64,000 nucleotides of DNA from Bdellovibrionota bacterium. GTDB lineage: Bacteria > Bdellovibrionota_G > JALEGL01 > JAGRMV01. Of the stretch, positions 34,859 to 46,047 are shown piece after piece. The position numbers and the translations under genes were made by a program. The notes under the pieces are model-generated. The model was not told the DNA's origin. It did not search any database and was given only the letters and a program-made list of their open reading frames with translations. The stretch spans positions 514,068 through 578,067 of the forward strand of contig JAWKOC010000001.1 in the NCBI GenBank assembly GCA_041391365.1, given 5' to 3'. Numbering within the stretch: position 1 is the stretch's first letter; the number at the start of each line of letters is the position of its first letter.

Positions 34859-35812
34859 ATGGAATTTCACGATTTAGAAGTGTTTTTGTCTGTAGCCAAA
34901 GAGAAAAGTTTTTCTCGTGCGGCCAAGGCTGTTCTTCGTACCCAACCTTCTGTGAGTCTTTCCATTCGTCGACTTGAAGAAGAGCTTGGAGAACTCTTGT
35001 TTGATCGTTCCAACAAGGAGCCTATTCTGACCTACGAAGGAGAGCTTCTGTTGGACTATGCAGAGCGTTTGCTCAATTTGCGTTCTGAAATCAAACCAGC
35101 TTTCACCGAGATGAGAAACTTGCATCGTGGAAAAGTAAAAATAGGATCGAACGAAATTGGGATTCTTTTTCTTCTTCCTTATCTTTCCAAGTATCACAGC
35201 CAATTTCCTCATGTAAAACTTGAAATCATGAGAGTTCTCTCCAAAGATGTTCCGAAAGAACTTTCCAAAAGGAACATTGATCTGGGCGTAATGTCTTATT
35301 CTCCTGAGGAGCAAGGGTTAGAATCTCAAGTGATCCAGAAGGATTCTGTCAGTTTTGTGGTTTATCCGGACCATCCCATGGCCAATTTAAAGCAAATTTC
35401 TGTGAGAAAATTGGGGGCTGAAGCTTTTACTGCGCACAATGTTCACTCATTCTACCGTACGGAAATTGAAAGACTCTTCAAAAAATACAATGTACCTTTG
35501 AACATCACGGTCGAGCTTCCTTCCATCGAGTCCATCAAACGTTTTGTAGAAATGGGACAAGGTGTAGCGATCATTCCAAGAATTTGCATCATGCATGAAT
35601 TGGAGCGTGGTACATTGAAAGAAGTTCGAATTGAAGAATTGACGGTCGAGCGAAATCTTCAACTCGTATATCGTCAGGGTGATCCTCTCTCCCATGTTCC
35701 CAAAGCTTTTTTGCGATTGATCACACAAAACAAAAAAGAATCTGGGGTGGATGGATCAGGAAAAAAAACACCCAAGAAAGCCACACAAAAAGTCAAAAAA
35801 ACCGGAAAGTAA
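34859..35812 (+). CDS. LysR-family transcriptional regulator with a Lys-rich C-terminal tail
   Basis: HTH region FSRAAKAVLRTQPSVSLSIRRLEEELG plus a LysR substrate-binding domain. The tail is GSGKKTPKKATQKVKKTGK. Confidence 0.9.
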   Translation: MEFHDLEVFLSVAKEKSFSRAAKAVLRTQPSVSLSIRRLEEELGELLFDRSNKEPILTYEGELLLDYAERLLNLRSEIKPAFTEMRNLHRGKVKIGSNEIGILFLLPYLSKYHSQFPHVKLEIMRVLSKDVPKELSKRNIDLGVMSYSPEEQGLESQVIQKDSVSFVVYPDHPMANLKQISVRKLGAEAFTAHNVHSFYRTEIERLFKKYNVPLNITVELPSIESIKRFVEMGQGVAIIPRICIMHELERGTLKEVRIEELTVERNLQLVYRQGDPLSHVPKAFLRLITQNKKESGVDGSGKKTPKKATQKVKKTGK

Positions 35813-35862
35813 GTGGGCAAAGCCATTGATTTTTCCATGGAGGAGCCTATATTCCCTCCATC

Positions 35863-36201
35863 ATGAAATCTGACTTCAACGATCGTTTTCGAAGCACTTA
35901 TGGAGACACCAGGAGTGATCAACCGATCTCTTCTTTTTGGGCCAAGGTGCGGGAAACATGCACACGTCAATTCCAACAGATTCAAACCCGATGGAACTCA
36001 AACAAGACTCAGTGGAGCACTCGCCTTTACCTTTTGGGTATAGGTCTTTTTATGACTCTTTTGGTGTCGTTTGTAATATTTATCGGTGGGCTAGTTACGC
36101 TGGTTCTCTTGGGGCTGTGGCTCATTCATCAGGTCTTTCGACTTTTTTGGGGAGATCGCAACCCAAGAGGCATGTCTGTTACCAGGTATTACAAGTATTA
36201 A
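35863..36201 (+). CDS. hypothetical membrane protein
   Basis: 112 aa with one long hydrophobic hairpin (LYLLGIGLFMTLLVSFVIFIGGLVTLVLLGLWLI). Confidence 0.45.
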   Translation: MKSDFNDRFRSTYGDTRSDQPISSFWAKVRETCTRQFQQIQTRWNSNKTQWSTRLYLLGIGLFMTLLVSFVIFIGGLVTLVLLGLWLIHQVFRLFWGDRNPRGMSVTRYYKY

Positions 36202-37172
36202 GGCTGCAGCTCTTTTCTCTGCGTTTCATAAAGACTGGTTTCTAAACCTACATACCCCACTTCTGTAGCAAGTTCACCTGCATGATCTAGATAGTAGTTC
36301 ACAAATCTTTTCACTTCTGGTTTGCCCCATGATTTTTGATTCAAATAGATGAAAATAGGTCTCGAAAGTGGTTTGTAAGTTCCATCCGCAATGCTCTCGT
36401 GAGATGGAATGATCGCAGGTGCTTTTTCATCGGAACGGATGGGAACAAGTTTCAATGAGTCTGCATTTTCTTGGTAGTATGCAAATCCAAAATACCCCAA
36501 TGCATATTTGTCACCTGCAATGCCGTGAACCAATACATTGTCATCTTCGCTAGCTGTAAAATCAGATCGAACGGCTTTTTCTTCTCCCGTGATGGTTTCT
36601 GTAAAATAATCGAATGTACCTGAGTCAGGTCCAGGTCCATAAAGTTTGATGGGCTCTTTTGGCCAAGCAGGATTGAGGTCAGCCCAAGTCTGAATTTTGC
36701 TGTTGGGTTCCCAAATGGCTTTGAGTTGGCTCGTTGTCAGTTCATTGACGAAAGAGTTGTCTTTGTTGACCATGATGGCGATGCCATCGTAGGCGATTTT
36801 GATTTCTTTGTAATCGATTCCATTGGCTTTGGCTTGGGCAATTTCAGATTCTTTGATCGGACGAGAAGCTCCGGACAGATCAATTTCATTGGCGATGAGC
36901 TTTTTCATTCCTCCCCCTGTCCCCGAAAAGCCAACTGTAACTCGTATGTCTCGATTTTCTTTTTGGAATTCTTCGGCTACAGCTTCAGTCAGAGGAAATA
37001 CTGTGCTGGAACCGTCAATTTTAACCAACCCATTTGCATTTGCTGTACTCGCTGTTTTTGTGTTTGTAGGAGCTGCAGATTCAGCCGACTTCTTTTTTTC
37101 ACAGGCCCAACCCAGTCCAATCAACATGACTGCCATCGCCAATGAAATTTTTGAATTCAAAAAAGTTTTCAT
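36198..37172 (-). CDS. pstS: phosphate ABC transporter substrate-binding protein PstS family (no pstCAB adjacent)
   Basis: [35 protein letters not shown]. Lipoprotein-like leader MKTF...LIGLGWAC. Confidence 0.85.
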   Translation of the reverse strand: MKTFLNSKISLAMAVMLIGLGWACEKKKSAESAAPTNTKTASTANANGLVKIDGSSTVFPLTEAVAEEFQKENRDIRVTVGFSGTGGGMKKLIANEIDLSGASRPIKESEIAQAKANGIDYKEIKIAYDGIAIMVNKDNSFVNELTTSQLKAIWEPNSKIQTWADLNPAWPKEPIKLYGPGPDSGTFDYFTETITGEEKAVRSDFTASEDDNVLVHGIAGDKYALGYFGFAYYQENADSLKLVPIRSDEKAPAIIPSHESIADGTYKPLSRPIFIYLNQKSWGKPEVKRFVNYYLDHAGELATEVGYVGLETSLYETQRKELQP

Positions 37173-37418
37173 AAATGTCTCCCACATTTTTTGACTGTAT
37201 CTACTACAATCTCAATAGGAATCGTTATAGTTCAAGTATGAGAAAACTCCAATTAAGGATTGATGAATTTTTTGGGTTGAGAATACAGAATTTCCCATTC
37301 ATTTCTTTGCTTTTGCCACATCCTCAGTTAGACAAAGTAAAGATTCATTGAGGCAATATGCATTTATCAACGATTCATATTTTTTCCGTAACCTTTTGAC
37401 GGCCCTCCCCATTCATTC

Positions 37419-39623
37419 ATGAGTACGACACATTCAGCAGAAAAATTTGGAATGATACGAGGGGTATTTATTCCCAGTATCCTCACCATTTTTGGTGTGA
37501 TCATGTATCTGCGCCTGGGGTGGATGCTCTTCCATGTAGGTATTTTGGGAAGCATCATTGTGATTACCCTTTCAAGTTTGATCACATTTTTAACCTCTCT
37601 ATCGATTGCGGCCACAGCCACAAACATGAGAGTGGGTGCGGGAGGCGCATACTATATGATTTCAAGATCCTTCGGCATCGAGGCGGGCGCAGCCATTGGT
37701 ATTCCTTTGTTTCTTGCCCAGGCTTTGGGAGTTGCGTTCTACATTACAGGTTTTGCAGAATCCCTGACCTTGATTTTTCCCCATTTGCCCATGACGTGGA
37801 TCAGCGTGGGGACTCTTATCGTGTTGACCGTGGTTACATTGATTTCGGCCGATCTAACATTGAAATTGCAGACTTTTATCTTTACCGTCATTGCGGCTTC
37901 TATGGTTTCATTTTATTTTGGTCATCCCCTTTCTCCTGACGAAATTTCTGCTTCTACCGGTCCCATTGCGCCCGTGTCATTTTGGTCCGTCTTCGCCGTC
38001 ATTTTTCCAGCGGTTACAGGAATCGAAGCCGGTCTCTCTATGTCTGGTGAGCTCAAAGATCCCGGAAAAGCCCTACCCTATGGAACGATTGCAGCCGTAT
38101 TGGTTGGGTATGTGATTTACATCAGCATTCCGTTTTGTTTGCATTTTTGGGTCCCAAAAGCCATTCTTGCAGAGCGATTTTTCGTCATGAAGGATGTCGC
38201 AATGATTGGAATTCTGATTATTTTTGGAATCTGGGGTTCTACCTTGTCCAGTGCGGTGGGTGCTTTGATGGGGGCACCTCGGACGCTGCAGGCTTTGGCC
38301 AAAGATCGAATTGTTTTTGGATTTTTTGGAACCTCAAGTGGTCCCAAACAGTTGCCCATACGAGCCACAATTTTTGCGGCCCTTGTGGCCATGGGTACAT
38401 TGTTTTTGGGAAGTCTGAACAGTATTGCAACCGTACTCACCATGTTCTTTCTTACTTCCTATGGATTTTTAAACATTGCAGCTTGTATTGAATCCTTGAT
38501 GGGCAATCCATCGTGGAGGCCAAGTTTCAAAACCCATTGGCTCGTATCATTTGTGGGTGCACTGGCTTGTTTGTTCACCATGTTGATGATTGACTCGGGT
38601 GCAACCATCATTGCCACGATCTTTGTGCTCTGCATTTATGTGATCACGAAAAAACGACAACTCGGACAGAGTTGGTCAGATACACGAAGAGGCATCTTGC
38701 AGTCAGTAGCTCGTTACTCCATTTATCATTTGTCTCAATACAAACCTGATGCACGAACCTGGAGTCCAAATGTACTTGTGTTTAGCGGGTCACCTCAAAA
38801 ACGTTGGAAATTGGTGCAACTTGGACATTCTCTCACCAGAAAAAGAGACTTTTTGACTGTGGGGAGCATCATCGATCAGGAAAATGTCGATCAATCTCGC
38901 AAATTCGCCATGGAGAAATCCATTCGTGAGTTTTTGGATAAAAATGGTGTATCTGGACTTGCCGAAGTGCATTTTTCTAAGGAAATGTCTCAAGGTGCAC
39001 GAGCTATGGTATCCAACTATGGTCTAGGAACGCTCAAACCCAATGTTGTTTTGATTGGAATCAACAAGAATCGAGATGAACGCGCACGGTACGTAGAGCT
39101 TTTGATGGATATTCACCGGATGAACAAAAATTTGGTGATCTATCGTGATCAGGGGGACGAAACCATCAATTATTCTTACCCCTGGTCAGACTATGTAGGG
39201 AGCATCGATGTATGGTGGGGTCGACGTCATCAAAACGCAAATCTGATGCTGGCCTTGTCCTATATTCTTTTTCAGCAATCGCGAAGCAAATCGCCTCTCA
39301 TCACTCTCAAGTCGGCCATTTTGTCGGATGATGAAGAGGAATCTGCGGTGCAAAGTTTAGATAGTCTCATTGAAAAAGGTCGACTGAAAATTTCGAGAAA
39401 AATTTATAAATTGGCCAGCGATCAAAACTATTTTGACGTCATGTCTCATCACTCTGAAAAGACGGAGTTGGTCTTTATTGGATTGAGACCTCCAGAAGGC
39501 GATGAATCCGTGGAACATTACAGCGAATATTTTGGACGGCTTCTCAAACTTACTCAATCTTTGCCCAAGGTTTGCATGGTGTTGGCTTCCGAAGAAATCC
39601 AATTCAAGGAGATTTTTCAGTGA
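37419..39623 (+). CDS. SLC12-like cation-chloride cotransporter / APC-superfamily permease with large C-terminal domain
   Basis: GMIRGVFIPSILTIFGVIMYLRLGWMLFHVG opening typical of the CCC family. 12 TM helices plus a ~290-residue cytoplasmic domain. Confidence 0.8.
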   Translation: MSTTHSAEKFGMIRGVFIPSILTIFGVIMYLRLGWMLFHVGILGSIIVITLSSLITFLTSLSIAATATNMRVGAGGAYYMISRSFGIEAGAAIGIPLFLAQALGVAFYITGFAESLTLIFPHLPMTWISVGTLIVLTVVTLISADLTLKLQTFIFTVIAASMVSFYFGHPLSPDEISASTGPIAPVSFWSVFAVIFPAVTGIEAGLSMSGELKDPGKALPYGTIAAVLVGYVIYISIPFCLHFWVPKAILAERFFVMKDVAMIGILIIFGIWGSTLSSAVGALMGAPRTLQALAKDRIVFGFFGTSSGPKQLPIRATIFAALVAMGTLFLGSLNSIATVLTMFFLTSYGFLNIAACIESLMGNPSWRPSFKTHWLVSFVGALACLFTMLMIDSGATIIATIFVLCIYVITKKRQLGQSWSDTRRGILQSVARYSIYHLSQYKPDARTWSPNVLVFSGSPQKRWKLVQLGHSLTRKRDFLTVGSIIDQENVDQSRKFAMEKSIREFLDKNGVSGLAEVHFSKEMSQGARAMVSNYGLGTLKPNVVLIGINKNRDERARYVELLMDIHRMNKNLVIYRDQGDETINYSYPWSDYVGSIDVWWGRRHQNANLMLALSYILFQQSRSKSPLITLKSAILSDDEEESAVQSLDSLIEKGRLKISRKIYKLASDQNYFDVMSHHSEKTELVFIGLRPPEGDESVEHYSEYFGRLLKLTQSLPKVCMVLASEEIQFKEIFQ

Positions 39624-40609
39624 CCTTTTTATGGATTCAATTTTTATTGGCTGTCCTTGTGATTGGTTGTTCTGGATACCTGTTGTCCATTTTTGGAGAC
39701 AAAATCGCCCAACGTACACGATTCGGTCACAGTTTGTTGGGAACCACAGTCATTGCAGCGGTTACATCTTTTCCTGAGTTGGGATCTGGAATCAGCTCTG
39801 TGGCCATTGCCAGATCTGTTGATTTGGCACTTGGTGGAATTTATGGAAGCTGCATGTTCAACTTGGTGATTCTTTGTATCTTGGATGTTCTTCATCAAAA
39901 ACAGTCGGTGTACCGTTATGCCAATTCATCTCTGATGTCCATGGGGGCGCTCAGCATCATTATGATTACCTACAGTGGGTTTTTGATGGGCTTGGTTCAC
40001 TCTCCTTCTCATGCATTTTTGAGTTGGGGTGCTTGGCTGACATTGCCACTCTTTTTGTCCTATCTTGTGTTTCTCAAATGGCAGGCGAACCAGGATGAAT
40101 CTGAAGACCAGAATAAAGAAATTGAAAAAGATACAAGAAAAGACATCTCTGTAAGGAATGCGTGGATAGGATTTGCGGTGTGTTGCCTTTTGGTGGTGGG
40201 ATCTGGACTTTATCTTCCCGTGGTTGGTGAGAAGTTGGTCATTCAAATGGGGTGGTCGGAAAGCTTTTTTGGGACCTTACTTCTCGCGATTTCGACCTCC
40301 TTGCCCGAGCTTTCGGTGACCCTTTCTTCGTTTTCGATTGGCGCCATCAATATGGCTCTAGGAAACATCTGGGGAAGTAACATTTTCAATGTGGCCATTC
40401 TATGGATTTTTGACCTTCTGCAACCTGGATCCATTTATGTTGAGGCTTCCTTGGGGCACATTTTGAGCATCATGGCTGGAACCATGATGACCGCCGTTGC
40501 CATGCTGGGAATTTACAATAAACCTTCCCAAAACAAGCTTTTGTTCATGACCTGGCCCAGCCTGGTGATGACCATCATGTATCTGCTCTCTATCTTTTGC
40601 ATCTTTTAG
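39620..40609 (+). CDS. Ca2+/cation antiporter (CaCA, YrbG-like)
   Basis: Two alpha-repeats, AAVTSFPELGSGISS and LAISTSLPELSVTLSS. GTG 39620 overlaps the upstream TGA; the ORF track starts at ATG 39572. Confidence 0.8.
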   Translation: MTFLWIQFLLAVLVIGCSGYLLSIFGDKIAQRTRFGHSLLGTTVIAAVTSFPELGSGISSVAIARSVDLALGGIYGSCMFNLVILCILDVLHQKQSVYRYANSSLMSMGALSIIMITYSGFLMGLVHSPSHAFLSWGAWLTLPLFLSYLVFLKWQANQDESEDQNKEIEKDTRKDISVRNAWIGFAVCCLLVVGSGLYLPVVGEKLVIQMGWSESFFGTLLLAISTSLPELSVTLSSFSIGAINMALGNIWGSNIFNVAILWIFDLLQPGSIYVEASLGHILSIMAGTMMTAVAMLGIYNKPSQNKLLFMTWPSLVMTIMYLLSIFCIF

Positions 40610-40709
40610 AAAAAATGGACGATCACAAGGCTTTGAATTTTAGGATTCACTCAAATGGTGATATATGGTTCGCCGTTATAAATCTTTTCCCATCTCAAAG
40701 GATACAAAG

Positions 40710-42170
40710 ATGTTTTTGATCAAAAAAAAGACGGGGTTTTTTGTCCATCAACTCTTTTTTGTCTTGCCTATATTTTTTTGCTTTTCGTTTGTGCAAGCAC
40801 AGGAGTGTGAACTAACTCGAGAAAAAACACTTCATTTGATGGAACAAAACAATCTTCAAACTCAGATTACCCATTATCAAATGGAAAAATCCGAATATGA
40901 TGCAGAGTATGCAAAAGCCATCTATGATCAGCAGCTGGCATTTGGCGCCAATCATACCTTGGACAAAAGTGATCGAATTGTTTCTTTTATGGGAACCAAA
41001 GATGAAATCACATCTTTTTCTGCCAGATATCAAAAGGCATTTCCCACGGGAACGTTGTTTTCTACAGGCCTTCGAACCACAAGACAGTTCAACAATGGAC
41101 CTTTTACCACCGTAAATCCTGCATTCAATACCATCGCAAATTTTTCCATTCAACAACCCCTTCTCAACAACGCTTTTGGACAAGGATATCGTCAAGATGT
41201 TGCGATGGCTCAGATGTTATCTGATTCCCAAACCATGCAACTGCAACGAACTCAGCAACAAATATCTTTGGAAGCATTGTTTCAATACTGGGACTGGATT
41301 GCAAAAAAGATGGATTTGGTTTTGATTCAAGAAGCCACCCAAAGAGCCCAAGATTTTGTAAAAATTACGGGGAAACAGTTTCAATATGGAACTTCGGAAA
41401 ACACGGATGTCTATGCGGCGAAATCCAATCATCTGAGTCAAGTAGAAGATCAAACAAGAGCAGAAAATGATGTCGCCATTTCTTTCAACACCCTCGTCAA
41501 CACCCTTCGATTGCAAGATCTACCTACAAAGTCTTGTCAATCATTGGATCTTCAGCGTCTTTATACAAAAGTGGACTACACCCTGTTGTCCAATGTTGAA
41601 AAAGCTCAGGCATCCCGAACCGACCGGAAAGCACTCGAAAAATCTCTAGAAGCATTTGAGTTGAAAATAAAGAGATCAAAAAATCAAAACCAACCTGATT
41701 TGAATTTGTTGGCTTCCTTGGACCTCAATGCGGTCAATACCGATTGGGACAGTTCTGTGGGTGAAACATTTTCTTCTTATCATCCAAAATGGTTTGTGGG
41801 AGCTGAACTTGTAGTTCCACTTGAAAAAAGGAGACAAAAAGCAGAATGGGCTCAAGCCCAGCTCGATGAAAAGATCGCAAAAACTCAGTTGCAACAACTT
41901 GATCTAGATCTTTATCAATCGATTTCCAATAAAGTTATTGCGCTTCAATCCCTAGAAAAAAGAATCGAAGCCATTGCCGAAGTGGTTGAGTTTGAACAAA
42001 AGAAACTTGTATCCGCCAAAAGAAACTATGAACTCGGAAGACAAACAGCTTTGACAGTCATTCTCTATCAGCAGGATCTTATTCGAGTTCATCGAAAAAA
42101 ACTTGCCCTTGAATTAGAGTACAGACTGACTCTGGAAGAGTTGAATTTTATTCGGGGAGAATTACAATAA
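40710..42170 (+). CDS. TolC-family outer membrane efflux protein
   Basis: Signal peptide MFLIKKKTGFF...FSFVQAQE. Two-fold repeat of long helical segments with the OEP pattern. Confidence 0.75.
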   Translation: MFLIKKKTGFFVHQLFFVLPIFFCFSFVQAQECELTREKTLHLMEQNNLQTQITHYQMEKSEYDAEYAKAIYDQQLAFGANHTLDKSDRIVSFMGTKDEITSFSARYQKAFPTGTLFSTGLRTTRQFNNGPFTTVNPAFNTIANFSIQQPLLNNAFGQGYRQDVAMAQMLSDSQTMQLQRTQQQISLEALFQYWDWIAKKMDLVLIQEATQRAQDFVKITGKQFQYGTSENTDVYAAKSNHLSQVEDQTRAENDVAISFNTLVNTLRLQDLPTKSCQSLDLQRLYTKVDYTLLSNVEKAQASRTDRKALEKSLEAFELKIKRSKNQNQPDLNLLASLDLNAVNTDWDSSVGETFSSYHPKWFVGAELVVPLEKRRQKAEWAQAQLDEKIAKTQLQQLDLDLYQSISNKVIALQSLEKRIEAIAEVVEFEQKKLVSAKRNYELGRQTALTVILYQQDLIRVHRKKLALELEYRLTLEELNFIRGELQ

Positions 42171-45100
42171 TGCTTTTGAATAAACTCCCTGAGTTCGGTG
42201 TAAAAAACAAACTCGTTGTAAATTTGTTTTCTATATTTATCATCATTGCTGCACTGTTCTCCATCAAAACACTGAAACGAGAGGCTTTTCCGAATTTTTC
42301 TTTTGATATCGTGACCATCTCCACAGTCTATCCGGGTGCAACCTCTGAGGAAGTAGAGCGATTGATCACCCAACCTATTGAAGATGAAATCAAAGCCGTA
42401 AGTGACTTGAAAGAAACGTTGTCGGTTTCTATGGAAGGCTATTCGCTTTTGTACATTACGCTTGACCCTGACGCCAAAGATAAAGCCAAGGTTATCAATG
42501 ACATTCAGCAAGCGGTAAACAAGGTGGATGACTTTCCATCCAATTTAGAAAAACTTCCTATTGTGAATGAACTTCGCACTCAGGATTCCCCCATCATTGA
42601 AATTGCATTGTCTGGGGATTTTTCTCGGGCAGAGTTGCAGGATTTAGCCATCAAACTTGAGACCGAGTTAGAGGAATTGGATGAAGTTTCTGGAATCATT
42701 CGAAACGGATGGAAAGAAAAGCAAATTTGGGTAGAACTCGACTCTCAAAAACTTCGACAGTATCGAATTTCTACCGATACCGTTGCGCGTGCTGTACAAC
42801 TTCGCAATGTCAACATTCCTGCAGGAAAAATTATTGGCCATGAATCGGAGCTTTTGATTCGAACCAATGCAGAGTTTGAAACTCCAGAAGAAATTGATGA
42901 AATTGTCGTGCGTTCAAACACCACGGGACAAATTGTACGAGTCAAAGATGTTGGGAAATCTTCTTATCAATTCCAGGACGAAGCAACCTCATTGAGAGCA
43001 GATGGATCCGATGCTGTTAGCCTGGTGGTGGTAAAAAAAGGTCGATTTGATGTGATTGATCTCGTTGACAAAGTAACGGAGACTGTGGATCAATTCAAAC
43101 AAAGAGCCCCTGGACTTCATGTCTCTTACATCAATGACATTTCTTTTTTCGTAAAACGAAGATTGGGGATCTTGACCAACAATGGAACCGTTGGATTGTT
43201 GTTTGTGCTCCTTTCTTTATTTATCTTTTTGAGCCCTCCCATCGCTTTTTGGACGGTTGTCGGATTGCCGGTTGCGGCAGGAACCGGTTTTTGGATCATG
43301 AAATATTTCGATATCAGCATCAACTTGATTTCGATGTTTGGATTGATCATGGTTTTGGGGATGCTCGTAGATGATGCGATTATTGTAGCAGAAAATATTT
43401 TTCGAAAAATGGAGGAAGGAGTACCTGCTGAGGAAGCCGCCATTGTTGGTGCACAAGAAGTGATCAAGCCAGTTTCAACCGCCATTCTTACAAGCGTATT
43501 GGTGTTTTTACCTTTGTCGATGATGACGGGAATTTTTGGGAAATTTGTTTTTGCGATTCCTGTCGTGGTCATCATCATGCTACTTGCCAGCTGGATTGAA
43601 TCGATGTGGATTCTCCCTTCTCACCTTACGGAATTTCCTGAGATCACAAAAAAATTTCTTCAAAAAATGGCCAACAACAAAAAATTTCAGGTCATTTATC
43701 CGTTGAAAAGATGGTACGAAGGTTTCTTGCGCAAAGTCCTACCCCACCACACAAAAGTGGCATTTTTTACCTTTTTTTTCATCGTGGTGGGCATCTATGT
43801 GGGGATCAAAACAACACCTGTGAATTTATTTCCCGGTGAAGGGATAGAAATTTTCTTCATTCGTGGCGAGTCTAAAGTGGGAACCACGTTAGAAGTTACC
43901 GAAGAAAAATTCAAAGCTTTGGAGGAAATCGTTTCTCAGCTCCCCTCTTCAGAGGTGAAAAATTTCGTGACGGTGTCAGGAAAAATTGAAAATGATCCCA
44001 ATGATCCTTTCAACACTCGAGGCTCTCATGTCGGTCAGATGGTGGTTTATTTGACCCCAGATCAAGAACGAGATCGATCAGCCAAAGAAATCACGGAGGA
44101 GCTCCGACCAAAACTAGATGCTGTCAGTGAATTTGACCGTTTGACCATCGAAGAAGTTAAACCAGGTCCACCTCAAGGCAGACCTGTTGCGGTAAGAGTT
44201 CGGGGGGATCGTTATGAGATTCTCGAAGAGATTGCGGAAAAGGTGAAACAAGAGTTGGCCAAAATTCCAGGTGTTTTGGATGTTCGTGATGACTTTGAGG
44301 AAGGGAAGCAAGAAATCAACCTCAAACTTGATGAAAAAGTTCTTGGGCAAACAGGATTGAACCCTACCTCGGTTGCAAATTCGGTGCGAACGGCATTTGA
44401 AGGATTTCTTGCTGGAATCATTCAGGAAGGTGAAGAAGAAACGGATGTATTGGTACGTCTAAACAAGAATGACAGATCCAAGCAAGAGACCTTATCTGAA
44501 CTTTATATAGAGAATCCAGCAGGATTCCAGATTCCTTTGTCAAAGGTAGCCCAACTGGAGCATGGAGTTGGCATCAATTCGATCAAACATTTTGATGGTA
44601 GACGTACCATTACAGTAACATCAGAAATCAATGAAGAGCAAACAACCTCGATAGAAGTCAATCAACAACTTCAAAACAAGCTCACCGACATTGAAAAACA
44701 GTACCTGGGCTATACGGTGAGTTTTGGTGGAGAGTATGAAGAAACCAACGAATCGTTGGGAAGTTTGATGAGAGCTTTTATTTTGGCGCTTTTTTTGATT
44801 TTCGTGATCTTAGCTTCCACATTCAATACTCTAAGCCAACCATTTCTGATCATGTTGGCCATACCCTTTTCTTTGTTTTCCGCGATTTATGCGCTTAAAT
44901 TTCATGGTGAGCCTTTTAGTTTTTTGGCGATGATTGGGATGATTGGACTGTCAGGAGTGTCTGTAAATGATTCCATTGTTTTGATTGATTTCATCAACCA
45001 AAACAGAGAAAAATTTTCAGATGCAATGGAAGGAGTAATCGATGCCTGCAAAACTCGACTTCGCCCAGTTATTCTGACCAGCATTACGACGGTGGTTGGA

Positions 45101-45448
45101 TTGATTCCTGTGGCTTATGGAATCGGAGGAGGAGATCCCTTTTTGATGCCCATGGCTTTGGCCATGGCATGGGGATTGGCCTTTGGAACCATTTTGATTC
45201 TTGTCTTAATACCTACTGCATATCTGACAATGGCCAAATATCCACTGGGTTCTGTCTCTGCCCTGTGTGCGCCCTGGGTCGGGTTGGGTGTCATTTTCTC
45301 TCCTTTGTCGAAAATGATAGGCACTCATTTGACCCATGTCATTGGTTTGATTCTTATGATAGTGGTACCTTTTTTGGTGTATATTCTGAAAACATTGTGT
45401 TTGAAGGGTTTGCACAAACTCAAAACGTTTGTTGTGGGTATGGGATGA
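42170..45448 (+). CDS. RND-family efflux permease (AcrB/CzcA-type)
   Basis: 1092 aa, 12 TM helices with two large periplasmic loops, MLVDDAIIVAENI and SGVSVNDSIVLIDF motifs. Its start overlaps the TolC-like stop. Confidence 0.9.
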   Translation: MLLNKLPEFGVKNKLVVNLFSIFIIIAALFSIKTLKREAFPNFSFDIVTISTVYPGATSEEVERLITQPIEDEIKAVSDLKETLSVSMEGYSLLYITLDPDAKDKAKVINDIQQAVNKVDDFPSNLEKLPIVNELRTQDSPIIEIALSGDFSRAELQDLAIKLETELEELDEVSGIIRNGWKEKQIWVELDSQKLRQYRISTDTVARAVQLRNVNIPAGKIIGHESELLIRTNAEFETPEEIDEIVVRSNTTGQIVRVKDVGKSSYQFQDEATSLRADGSDAVSLVVVKKGRFDVIDLVDKVTETVDQFKQRAPGLHVSYINDISFFVKRRLGILTNNGTVGLLFVLLSLFIFLSPPIAFWTVVGLPVAAGTGFWIMKYFDISINLISMFGLIMVLGMLVDDAIIVAENIFRKMEEGVPAEEAAIVGAQEVIKPVSTAILTSVLVFLPLSMMTGIFGKFVFAIPVVVIIMLLASWIESMWILPSHLTEFPEITKKFLQKMANNKKFQVIYPLKRWYEGFLRKVLPHHTKVAFFTFFFIVVGIYVGIKTTPVNLFPGEGIEIFFIRGESKVGTTLEVTEEKFKALEEIVSQLPSSEVKNFVTVSGKIENDPNDPFNTRGSHVGQMVVYLTPDQERDRSAKEITEELRPKLDAVSEFDRLTIEEVKPGPPQGRPVAVRVRGDRYEILEEIAEKVKQELAKIPGVLDVRDDFEEGKQEINLKLDEKVLGQTGLNPTSVANSVRTAFEGFLAGIIQEGEEETDVLVRLNKNDRSKQETLSELYIENPAGFQIPLSKVAQLEHGVGINSIKHFDGRRTITVTSEINEEQTTSIEVNQQLQNKLTDIEKQYLGYTVSFGGEYEETNESLGSLMRAFILALFLIFVILASTFNTLSQPFLIMLAIPFSLFSAIYALKFHGEPFSFLAMIGMIGLSGVSVNDSIVLIDFINQNREKFSDAMEGVIDACKTRLRPVILTSITTVVGLIPVAYGIGGGDPFLMPMALAMAWGLAFGTILILVLIPTAYLTMAKYPLGSVSALCAPWVGLGVIFSPLSKMIGTHLTHVIGLILMIVVPFLVYILKTLCLKGLHKLKTFVVGMG

Positions 45449-46047
45449 TAAAAGAGCTATTGAATTCCTTTTTGATTGTTTTTATTCCAACGTTTATCGC
45501 CATGGATTCGCTGGGGGTCTTGCCCTATTTCATTGGAGTTGTACAACCGTTGCCGGATCATAAAAAGAAAGAAGTTTTATTTCAAGCAGTGTTGACTGCG
45601 GCAATTGTAGGTATTGGTTTTGTGTTTTTGGGGAATGCCATTTTGCGCTTTTTGGGCATTACCATTTCCGACTTTCGAGTTGCCGGAGGTTTGATTCTGT
45701 TGATTTTGTCCATTCACGATTTGATTTCTTCAGACAAGTCACGAAGAAAGCCGTCCGATACAGTAGGTGTGGTTCCCTTGGGGATGCCTTTGATCATGGG
45801 GCCTGCAGTGCTTACCACCATTATCGTATCGATTGAAGATGTGGGTCTTTGGATTACCTTGATCGCGTTGATTGCCAACCTGATGATCACATTCATCATC
45901 TTCTTGATGGCCAAACCCATGATTCGTATATTGGGAAAAGGCGGAGCTCAGGCCATGAGTAAACTGGCCAACATTCTGCTTGCGGCTTTTGCGATGATGA
46001 TTATTCGCGTTGGATTGGTAGATATGATAAAAACTTTCTTCTCATGA
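45445..46047 (+). CDS. MarC-family (UPF0056) integral membrane protein
   Basis: FIVFIPTFIAMDSLGVLPYF and six TM helices. ATGA overlap with the RND stop. Confidence 0.8.
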   Translation: MIKELLNSFLIVFIPTFIAMDSLGVLPYFIGVVQPLPDHKKKEVLFQAVLTAAIVGIGFVFLGNAILRFLGITISDFRVAGGLILLILSIHDLISSDKSRRKPSDTVGVVPLGMPLIMGPAVLTTIIVSIEDVGLWITLIALIANLMITFIIFLMAKPMIRILGKGGAQAMSKLANILLAAFAMMIIRVGLVDMIKTFFS

